From: Balanoglossus misakiensis | Taxonomy: Eukaryota > Animalia > Hemichordata | Assembly: GCA_040954595.2 (NCBI GenBank) | Contig: CM082580.2 | Coordinates: 4,020,783 to 4,084,782 of the forward strand | Reading direction: 5' to 3' | Length of the DNA: 64,000 nucleotides | Shown: positions 1 through 24,000 of the stretch, piece after piece | Numbering within the stretch: the stretch's first letter is position 1 | How the letters are laid out: each line of letters begins with the position of its first letter | Made by a program: the position numbers and the translations under genes | The notes under the pieces: model-generated | Databases searched by the model: none | Seen by the model: the letters and a program-made list of their open reading frames with translations, nothing else | Told to the model about the DNA's origin: nothing

Positions 1-2780
1 AACATCAAACCTGAACTTTCACCGAGTGAAACCAAATCAAAATGTTAAACTAAAATTATCATTATAGTCAAGGAATTGTGATGTTTACTGTAAAATGTTA
101 AACTCAGCAATTTAAGTGTCCCAACAACTTTTATTACATGTATGTTGCAAATTGAGGTTTCTTGTTGAATGTGGCGGGGAAAAACCTCTTTTAAGAAAGC
201 CAAGAGTCATTAAGAAAATTGTAACCAGATGTGCACTGAATATGTTCCCATGCTTGGACGTTTGTGTCATTATTAGCTTTGGAAAGTGAACCAGTACAGT
301 GACAGTGTATTCTGATTGGCAAATTTCAATAAATTTTGACACAGTAATTGTACAAATATATATTATATATAGCCAGACAGAGAGACAATCAGACAGAAAT
401 TTGTAGGACATTAATATTCCAGGGCCTTTGTTTTGCATGGGGGCTAATCTTGTTTATTAAGTTCAGCATGCTTACCTTATAGCTGAGCACATGTGACTTC
501 AAGTATATTCCAAAATGGTAGTTACAACAGAACTATATCTTTCCAAATCATTGTTGAACATTCTGGTTCAGGCCATTGCCAAAGATGTAACCACAAAATG
601 TATACAAAACATTGATGGTTTGTTGAGTTTAGACAAAGAGAGAGAGAGAGGGAAGCCAAGCATTGTAACAAACTCTATGAAGATGTTAAAGTTGGAAAAC
701 ATCTTTTGCCAATTTTTGATACTCATCACCAATTCTTGGTCAGTTCTATACATTTACATGTGGTACACTGTGTTGTATCGTATTATAAACTATATTTACG
801 ACCTCTATCAGTGTTATGTACCATTACTTACGTTTACTCAGAATATTTTCTCAGATTCTTGTGTGTATCTGCTCAAACATTGCTAATTACTTTCATTAGA
901 TAGCATGACATTTAACCAAATATCACAGTATGTGTACAATATAGCTGTTTGGGTTTGTTTATTCATCAATTTGTTTATTTCTATTTACTCTATGTACCTA
1001 AACAATCCGTTTTAATATGTATATAATTGCTGAATAAGTATGGAGTATGTATACTATATGTATGTACATAATTTTAATAATTTTCTAACTGCTTTTCTCT
1101 GCCATTGAGATTCTATGATGATATCTGGCGTAATACAATATATATCTTGGCTGGTCCATGTTTTCTACAACTCAATAACTGAATTCTTTGAGTATTATCT
1201 AAAATTTTAAAATTATACATTGCAGATATTGATTTTAACAAAGCATGCTACAGTAGCAAAAGTTATTTACATTATCAGTTTGAAAGTGTTTTGATTCTTA
1301 TATGGAGGAACTCTGAAGTAAGCCAGCTACAATCTTGTTTATTTTTGCACAATCTGCGAATACAAAAACATCAAACAGACTTAGGCCAATTAAGTAAGTA
1401 AGTTTCTTTGTTTCAGATTATTTTCTAACCATGACCTCTAGTGTAAATGAAAGTAGTTGTACTGACTATCATTGTTTGCATGAAACTTTTTAATATTTAC
1501 TTTTGGTAGAAGTGTCAATTGGCATGCATTGGAATAAAATATATGGTGCAACTGGTTTTTTGGTGTGAGCATTATTTTTTAAAACTTGAATACATCATCT
1601 GCCAATCAATTTAGATTATTTCCATTTCCTTTTTAGCAAATGTTTTGAAAGTAATATTCTTACATTATTTGAGCAAGCCAGAATGTTGGTATCAGAACGG
1701 CCTGAATAACAAAATTTGTAGACCATAGCCAACTTTTGCAATTTCTGGTGTAAAGCAAAACTCAATTTCTATGAAAACTTCACACTGAGAATGAGATGTC
1801 AGCGATGTAGAGCTTATCAGAGAGGGTGATTGTCTGTCATCATCTGTCAACAGTTTTCGTCTTCTCTGAAACCGCTTGTCTGATTACTTTGAAATGTGGA
1901 ATGTAGATTTTTTTAGTTTCTCATGATTCAAAGACTAGAGTCTTTGCTTTCGCTGGAGGTCATTCCATAGTTCATAGATACAGACCATGTACAATGTACA
2001 ATTATAGACACTGTCGTGAACCACAGCATTACTGTGGAGTGGAAATAAAGCATAGACTAGGAAGTATGGATTGCATGAAATTATTTATTTCTCAAAAAGA
2101 AAAAAAATTGTCAATGTTACAGTGTTTTTACACAGGCCAGAACAGGTTTATACAATGTGACCATCCTGGGACATGTTTGTAACATATTACACCCCCCCCC
2201 CCCCCAAACTAGAACAGAAAGCTCCCTTACGTTCTCTGCCTCGCTGTCCATTACAGTCCTAAATCCTCTGCAAGTAGTGCTACATAATAAAGAACAAAAT
2301 GTAAAATATTTCTGGGATAACCATGTCCTTGCTTCCAAACGGAAATTGTGATATATTAGTCACTATGATGGCAATTTGGCAGCTCCACATACACATGATC
2401 TTTCATATACATTTTTCAATTATAAATAAATCAAAAACAATTTTATACATGCCTATCACATAGGCCTGTGGAACTATTCATGTTATTTGAAACATTTGGA
2501 CTCTGGGTTGCATATTGGCCAGATTTCCAAAGATTAGTTTTCTGAGAGGTACGAAAACTGTGTCGTCTTTCAACAATGTGAAATTCCCAACCAATCACAA
2601 TCTTTGACCACATACAGGTGTAAACCTAACAGTACCTGGGTTACATGTCAGTTATAAATTTAACAGCCAATCACAGACCCCAGTCAGATTGTTCCTATAA
2701 GAGAAATTCACAGTTCCTGAAACAAAGTCAGTATATTCCGTGATCATTTCCAGATTTCCTGATCAATGCATGATTCGCAG

Positions 2781-15775
<12,995 letters not shown>

Positions 15776-16671
15776 TTTGTAATTAATTGTTGCGATGCTA
15801 TACGTCACTAGAGGTTGAGAGACGTGACCATGATGAGGCACATGTCATGTGTTATGATACACGCATGGGCGCCGCCATCTTGTATGTATACCAACCACTG
15901 TAAGGCGAAAACAAAAGAAATGCATACTTTGCACACAAACGGCAGTCTTTCAAAACGATTTATGCGGCTTGGTTTTTCAGTTCATAAAAAGGAAAAGGAA
16001 AAATGTGTGGTACGATTGCCAAGCAAACCTCGTCCACGACAGTTTGATTGTGCGTGCCCCGGTTATTGTTTGTAAAATGTGACCCTCCACAATGCATGGA
16101 ACCCACCCACCCCTGGACTGGACACACCAGGTGTACGTGTAGGCCGGTCATTTCTGAAGGACCAGCCGAAGTATAACCATCAACATCATCGTTTACACCA
16201 TTCCTCGAATTACATTAGGAAAATACGTTATGAAGGAATAGTTCATATGATAATTGCAATTTCATTTTATTTTAAATTTAATATAACATTTGTAAATATA
16301 TATATGGATGTTTCTGCTCCATATTTGGGATTTTAATCGAGGTTAGAGACTTGAGAGATTCGTGTAACCAGATTTTTAGTGGGGATATTGAGGTTGTGAA
16401 GTCCAAAAAGTTGTCTTCAAACTTTGATCATACTATTTGACTAATTACTACATTTTGCTCGTTTCGCGTTAAAAACATAAAGTTAGTCAGAACGCTGGGT
16501 CGGCGACCGCACATCTCCGACACGTGTCACGTGATGCTTGCCTAATTGTTCTTTGTCATGACAACGGTATTACGTATGCTCTCATTGTCGCTATTGTCGA
16601 CATCAAGCAGTCTTCATTCTGTTCTTTAATGACATTATGTTTTCTACAAGTGACACTGAAAAGTAACCAAA
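15776..16671. promoter_or_regulatory. Putative bidirectional promoter between POLR3B and the orphan ORF
   Basis: Two divergent ATGs about 900 bp apart; YY1-type GCCGCCATCTTG at 15871-15882; CRE-like TACGTCA at 15801; tandem E-boxes CACGTGTCACGTGA at 16521-16534. Confidence 0.55.
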
Positions 16672-17601
16672 ATGGGACTGTTATCTCTAATAATCTTTCT
16701 AGCAACCACTTTTGTTACTAAAGTCTATGGTTGGCTGCATCGTGTACCGATCCTTGGAACTTTTTTGAGCACTTTGGGCGAGTTCTTCTCGCGCCAAGTT
16801 TCTTTCCAACATCACGTTCGTCATGCCTTCAAGACTGTATTTGGATTGTATTTAACCACAGTGAAAGTAATCCTGTTTATAGTTTTTTGGCCGATTTGTA
16901 TCCCAGTTTGGGTTCTACGACAACTTTTTCTGAGGGGAGAAACCGCGGCCGCGGACAATGCGCCTGGTAGGCCTACAACTCTCATCAGTCGCGTCACATC
17001 CGCGCTGAGATGTTTTATCTCCACTTTACCCGTGGTTGGACCAATAATTGCGTCAGTAGGAACTGCGACTGTACATGTACTACATGTTGCGAGAGTGCTC
17101 TTTGGAATTCTCCTGAATCCGAGTGATTTCGTGGAGAAGGTCGAAGGTTTCGATGCTAGACTCCTCGAATTAGAATCTTACGCGGCGGACTGTTCCGTGA
17201 AAGTTGCCGAGATTCAAGACGATGTGGCCAAACAACGTACAGATATCACCAGACTACAATCTGACGTTGACAGAAGCGTGGCGAACCTTGAGCGCGCCGA
17301 AACTCGATGCCGGCAACTCGGACAAGTGATGAACAAAGTCAGAATGGACTTTCGCTACCTTCAAATAAAAACTAAGACTGACGTCACAAGAATGACGGTA
17401 AAGGTGAAGGAAATGGCCGACAAAATGGAAAGAATCGGAAAACGCGCAGGATCCACCAGTGACCATGACAACAACTCTGAAGGCGATGCTGGCGAACCCC
17501 TGCACATGCATGTAGGCCCACGGAGAAATGCTACCCAGCGCCACTTTTCCATGATTCCCGGACTGTCAGCAGCAAAAAGATGGTTTTTCACTCGGAAGTG
17601 A
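16672..17601 (+). CDS. Intronless-CDS 309-aa hypothetical membrane protein with C-terminal coiled coil
   Basis: 930-nt open frame, GC-richer than its flanks, start context AAAATGG. Hydrophobic N-half, heptad-like charged C-half (about aa 152-255). AATAAA at 17731. Confidence 0.85.
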   Translation: MGLLSLIIFLATTFVTKVYGWLHRVPILGTFLSTLGEFFSRQVSFQHHVRHAFKTVFGLYLTTVKVILFIVFWPICIPVWVLRQLFLRGETAAADNAPGRPTTLISRVTSALRCFISTLPVVGPIIASVGTATVHVLHVARVLFGILLNPSDFVEKVEGFDARLLELESYAADCSVKVAEIQDDVAKQRTDITRLQSDVDRSVANLERAETRCRQLGQVMNKVRMDFRYLQIKTKTDVTRMTVKVKEMADKMERIGKRAGSTSDHDNNSEGDAGEPLHMHVGPRRNATQRHFSMIPGLSAAKRWFFTRK

Positions 17602-18008
17602 TCTCTGAGCTACATGGGAGTAAACTGTTCTGTGAACACAAATCTCAGTCAAAATGATCCTATGTACCAGTACAGCAATATGACGACAATTGTCATCAAT
17701 TGTCTAAGTTACTTTGATTTTTTTTTTGTTAATAAAAAAATGTTATTGCGAATTCCAGAGAGTTTAGACTGCATTTTATGGTTGATCTAAAAATGATTGA
17801 GTAGAAATGAAAACATGACTTCTGATTAACTTTATTGTTAAAATGTCACGTAAATTCTGCCATACAGCTTATGTTTAGACCAGTGATTGAGAACAGATTT
17901 GATTGAGGATTTATTTCTTTTTTACCGAAGCAGGATGCACTTTAGACGGTCATAGAGTAATTAAGATTTCTGAAGAAGAAATTGTTGTTCTACTCTTTGT
18001 TTCTATGT

Positions 18009-18177
18009 GAGGGGATAGCGCGAACGCAGTCCCCCACTACCATAAATTCTGCACCCGAGTCACCCACATTTGGGGTGATCGCAGACATATCAACCCGCGC
18101 GGAGTGCAATGCGCGGGCCTCATTCTGGGGGAACCGCCTTTTTGATCACGGTTAGAACCCCTGTGCCAGGTAAGTAT
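18009..18177 (-). ncRNA. U1: U1 spliceosomal snRNA (variant sequence)
   Basis: Reverse complement reads ATACTTACCTGG..., loop I GATCAAAAAG, U1A loop ATTGCACTCC, loop III CAAATGT, Sm site AATTTATGG and SL4 GGGGACTGCGTTCGCGCTATCCCC. Stems are retained with compensatory changes. Confidence 0.97.
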
Positions 18178-18221
18178 GCCCGAAACAAGTCTTCCCTGGC
18201 GTTATAGAGTGCGGCCGTGCT

Positions 18222-18240
18222 CACTTGAACAACGGTGGCA
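18222..18240 (-). promoter_or_regulatory. PSE-like element of the U1 gene
   Basis: GCCACCGTTGTTCAAGTG lies about -62 to -45 from U1 +1, matching the position and the CACCGT core of snRNA proximal sequence elements. Confidence 0.55.
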
Positions 18241-19384
18241 TGATAAACGTTGCAGCAACGTATTGACCGAGGAGGCAATGAATCCACAGGTGTTAATGGG
18301 TGCTATTGGTATTTAAATCAGTGTTTCATGGCTTGACGTCGGCATGTGAAGGAAGGTTTTTTAAATGATGAAAACCCAAGAATCAATGAAAATACATGTA
18401 GATAGTTCTTGAAAACAAGGATAAGTACGTACATGTACAAATTTCAATACTTCTCCCGGCTGGGAAAAAGGCAAATACGAAGTGAAACAATGTTGCATTT
18501 TCAAGTATGATATCCTGAACGCTTTCGGACGCCCTCAACGAACAAACGGAATAGAAAGGCATTGCAAGGCATTGGGACCAGCAATTGCCGGAGCGCCCGC
18601 ACACGACTGAATCTTTCAGTCTAATCAGGCACCTGTAGGGGTCAACTTTAATATTCTCGACAATTTCCGACCTACGTGTATTTGATTTCACTTTCACAGA
18701 AGTTCAGTTTAAGCAGAGAAATACAAAAAAACTGTGGATTGTACAGTAATCTCCTGTCTCTTGTGTTTTTTTCCACACGTTTCTTTGCCTAGTGTTACTC
18801 AAAAACTGATAAACAGAAGTCTGATTTTTCCAAGTCATACTGAACATACGAGTATATGTTCTTAAAATACGTGGCTCAGAATTTCTAAAAAATTCTTTGA
18901 ATTGAAACTATTGCAATTGAAACACATTAATGACAGAGACGATCTTTATAAATGTAATTGGTGATTGTGAAAGTAACTGCGGATTTTGAACATGATTTTT
19001 TCGACGGCATAAACAAGACTCAGATTACCTTTGGAACTATTTGGTGATAATAAGATCTTGAAAATAGCATTTAGATAGTTTACATTTCACTGTTCTACTT
19101 CTTTATAATTATTTCGTGAAAAGCTGCACAGCTATATTTTTGTTTACTGAAAAACAACTTTGAAGAAATTTTGTGCAAACGTCAATGCAGTTTCATTGAA
19201 TTTAGTTAATATGTAGTGGTTTCGGGATACTCTATAATAAAAAAGTAGTTCCAAAATAGTGATTATTAGTGATATGGTAATCGGCATCCGCGATCGATGA
19301 CCTTGTTATTAATGACCTACCACACCAAATAGTGACTCTCCCTCCCTCCCTCTCCGTCACATATACTTCCTCCCTCCCCCTCCA

Positions 19385-19503
<119 letters not shown>

Positions 19504-20533
19504 AGGACACGGAAACCTCGTATATAGACGGTCAGCCGCTGAGCTGAAATGTTAAGCGCAAAACTAAAGACAGAAAGTGACATTAAACGATGAAATGATT
19601 TATTGTTCTGTACGTGTCACAACTGCAAAAATAACACCGTGAAATTATGATACTTAAATGTGACGCATTAGCTATATGTTAACTGACCGGCTACAGTGAA
19701 ACTAACCATGAGCAATTTCAAGTGTCCAAACCAGAAATAACTTTTTTGAGGGACTACAATATGAGAAGTGATGTTGAGTATGATTACATCTCCGATCTAT
19801 TGCCGTGTTTCCAATCTTCAAGGCAACTTCGTTAAAAAGTAGGAAAAACGCTTACACGGAGAAAGCTTTGCTTTCTACAACATCAAGTTTGAAATTCTTG
19901 AAGAAAGCAAGATCGATACAGAGACACGTGCTTCTAATACAAACAATAAACAACAATAAATATTTATATCAAGATATAACTATACTCTTTAGCTTTAAAG
20001 ATAGACACAATTTATAACTAAGATAATATTTTTACCACCCTCGACCCATTTTCGGGAAAAAAGATATAATACTAGAAATCATAATTATAATAAAAATCTG
20101 AATTACTGAAATGGGATGAGCTATGTATGTTCGAATGCGTGTCTGAGATTTAAAGAACTCTCTTTCCGTCTGCCGATAAAGTGTCAGACTTTGCGTCCTC
20201 ACTCGATATTTTAAACAATTGGTTAATATCTTTTCATTGTTGAGGTTTGATTAAAACGAAAAAAGAATCTTATCACAAGAGCCGATTGAAAGTCGTGGTC
20301 AGTTGATATTGTGCAGGTCACCGTTCAAGAAATTATAGTCAATTCCTTATTTTCACAGCCCACGTGCTTATCGGCATACGGCTCGACCAAAAAGTCAGTA
20401 ACACCTGTATTTCATTGTGAGATGCCGCAATCGGTCGTATCACTCGAAAAGCTGGCGTTGAAAGAAAAAAAACGGCTAAAGAAGAAATATCTCCCAGACT
20501 CAGACATCTCTATCACTCCATGGCGTCCATCGC

Positions 20534-21048
20534 CTAACACGTCTCCTTCTTGAAACGGCGACTGGCTTTCCGGAGCTCGCGCGACTTGGACCAGGGCATG
20601 ACGAAGGTGACCACTAACTTTTTGTCTGTCTGTCTTCCCATGATTAGATAGTAGTCCTTCCCGTCGTCGGCAAATTCACAGTTGTTACACTCGCCTCCAC
20701 CTTCCAAAAAGAATGTCATTTTCTTCAGGTCCTTCTTCTTCAGCTCTCCTTTCTTGTACAACTTTTTCTTCTTTTTCTTGCCAACAATTTTAAGATCCCC
20801 TTTGGATACCGATGTTTCTTGAATTTTTGATTTCACAACTGTGGAAAAAAAGTGTTACATTTAAAAGACACTGTACGTACCTATGTCAACACAACATGTT
20901 TATGTAAATCACAACATGAGATGAAATGTTCTATAGTTGCCACAAAAACCATATGATCATTTGAGTCGCGCGCCAAATTCAAACCTGCAGAGAGTTTGAA
21001 TAAGATTTTGAGTGTTTTCAATATGTACTTAAACTTCCTGGTACAGTC

Positions 21049-21094
<46 letters not shown>

Positions 21095-24000
21095 ACTCTT
21101 CGTAAATCACAACGTGTTACATTTTCAAATTTTAAAACTTTTTGATGAAACGAAATTCACCACAATGCTTGCCGACGTGGTAATGTTTACCATACAGATA
21201 AATTAGCCCTAAGCCCCGTAATGCGTGGAACCTAATTTAAATGGAGAATTTCATTCAAATTAAGATGGTTGATGGACGATTTACCAGTATTTCTTCATTT
21301 ATAGGTTGATTGAGCGGAAATTTAATATAATTTAGAATGAAATGAAGAAATGCCTTGGCTTAATAATCGTTGTGTACACAGTGTTTGACGTATGTATGTA
21401 CTGGATAGGTAATTGCAATAACAGACACAGCGCTGACAGCATGGACGTTTTCTGCCAATAACGATTAGTTTGCGTCATAATTATTCACACCGTATTTCGG
21501 ATCCGTTTCTTGGCATTAATGAGGATGTGAAGGGATGATTTATCCGTTTGGGTGATTGGTTGTAAGTATAGCAGGTGGTACCAGTATGTGACAGTGATAG
21601 TACAAACGCATCGTTGGTCAGTAGGTTGTAGATGATTGCAAACATGCAAATGTAGATGCAGGAGTGAACGGCCGATTTGATAGAAAGAAAAGTCAATTCA
21701 ATACTTTTAGTGAGAACACTTATGTTGTAAAGTGTTCAGTAAAGTAGTAATGAGTGGGTGGGCGAAGGCAAGTATGTTGCCTTGTTTGCGGACAATGGGG
21801 AGATGACTGGGTGTACTTTTAGTCTGCCATTGTACTTTTACTTGTGGGTTTGTGTGGGGGGTTGTATAGGTGGTGTGTGTGTGTGAGGGGAGTGTTGTAT
21901 GGGTTGTGTGTGTGGGGTTGTATGGGGGTGATTGGTTATTGATAATGTGCAGCACTGGCAGCTGGTTAGTTTGGGGATCGATCGGTTGGATAGAGATTGT
22001 TAGTTCGTGGATGCAATCTCACACTGACAGAGACGCAGACATTTGTATATACTATGACACACACTCACTGGTAATCCAATACATTACGCACGAACTGATT
22101 CGGAGTCTATGACTGATCATGAATCGTTGGGAAATTGTAAAATTTCCCGTCATTTGCACTTCAATGCTAAAACTCTTTCTACGGCCCCCTCAATGCTAAA
22201 ACATGCATTCGTCGGAATTATGACATTAAAAACCTTGGCACCGCAAAGAGGATGATCTGTTTCTTCTTGCGTGGAGATGTGATAATAACGCAAAAAATCG
22301 CTCCCCCACTCACAGTGCTTGGCCTCTCCCGTCTTAATTGTTACCGATACCCCCCAAAGGAAACGGCGTTATTGTCTCTTTTCTTGCATTTTTCGAGGTC
22401 ATTTTTGATTCTTTTCACCGTCCTATTTCGACTATTGTTGATTTTACCTTAAGAAATCTGGCGTGTACGCCTGAAGGCTTGCATTACAAGGAACTTTTTT
22501 TTTGAATTCGTCGTGACATAATAGAGACAAAGAAAAGCTTTGGAACTGGTGGCGGTATCCTCAAAACGACCGTACAGAAAGGAAACGGACCGACAAAAAC
22601 TCTTCATTTAAATGTATTTTCTTATTAGTATTCAACGTGTGGCTTTTGGGTTTGCATGGGAATCTGGCCAATTCCATGAATGTTAAGTCGTTCACTACTT
22701 TAGCCGAAGGAAAATCTTCCCCATCTGTGAAAATTATCTGCCAGTGTACAAACTCGCGGAACACCCGCGCCAATACGTGTAATCATGGATGGTGGGCATC
22801 GGAGACACATGGTATTTTTCACTAAAGTTGAAATCAATGACACGAATCTTTACGCGCAGAAAAGACCACGCGCTGATGAACACGTAAAATTCCAGACTGA
22901 ACGCGATAACGAGAGTCATGTGCGATATTTCGCCGACTAAATAAGCGACAGCTGTTTTGTCTTCTTGTCAGAATTGTCGAGATATCTGACGGACATGCTA
23001 TGGCCAAATTGGCTCGGTAATCAGTCTCTCCACTAACAGGTGTTTAAAGGAGTCCCCGCTACGAGTTCTGTTTTTTTTTTCAAAAGTATTAGGGAAACTT
23101 CCGTAGTGGTTGCTCTTTTTAATCGCTTTTTATGTGTACGTCATCTTCGTTTATTTTTTATTGGTGCAATATTCTGATATTCGAAGTATAATCGCAAATA
23201 AATTCGTTCTCAGGTTGTAATTGGTTACATATATACCCTATATGCATTTTCAAGTAGCGCCTCCCAGATATTTGATGAATAGGCCCAGCCCCGCCCTACC
23301 GATGGAGACCCCTGGTATACCAGGTCTAAATTATAAGTAGAATGTCCATAACACTCCATTATCTGTTTTTTTTTATATGTGCTAGTTCAACCCAATGGTT
23401 GGAGCGCGGTCACACTCTAACCATGACCCCAATTAGACGTGAAGAAAGTTTAAAATGAAGGAGCGGCTCAACGCCATGGTAACCGCCCATCTGGCACCAC
23501 CCTCACGCCCCACACACACACTGTAGTGAGATACCTACCGAAATCGGCATTGCAATATTCCGATATTATTTTCTCTTCCGTTGCATCTGCCTGACACCGC
23601 TCACAAACCGATTCCGTGCCTGTTGTAGAAAATAAAGAAAGAGATTGAGATTATGGTTGCGAAGTTCAGAGTCTTTGTGTGGGGACTATAGGATGAGAAC
23701 TTGACATAGTGGAACTTTGGAGTGAACAGTAACTGTATCGTGTGGTTCAACTGAGATTGTTTACTTTTGCATAAATTTAGCACGAAATCCAGCACGGTCC
23801 CTGTACAAACCAGCAGGGTACTCATGGAGCCCGAATGCATAACTTTGAATCAAAAGCCACAAAACTGATAAAGGCATCGACATAGCTGCAGAACATGACT
23901 GTTTTGGTTTTCACAGCGTGGCTGTAGATAATATCGCGGGGTGTGGTTCCCTGACACGTCGCGATAAAAGAAAAGAAAATAGCAACGCCCCCAACTTTGT

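Noticed and set aside
112-903. Several 60-120-aa ORFs and a minus-strand donor (AAG|GTAAG at ~471-478)
   Set aside because: All frames leading to the donor contain stops and there is no homology; it could be a UTR exon of a gene outside the window, but I cannot support that.
1795-1915. Fragment resembling Helentron/DINE-type invertebrate repeats
   Set aside because: Single short degraded copy; the resemblance is from memory only and cannot be supported within the window.
18167-18177. Perfect splice donor CAGGTAAGTAT on the plus strand downstream of the orphan ORF
   Set aside because: It is the reverse complement of the U1 snRNA 5' end, not evidence of an exon.
23396-23423. TGGTTGGAGCG...CTCTAACCA hairpin resembling a tRNA A-box
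   Set aside because: No cloverleaf, T-loop or B-box follows it.
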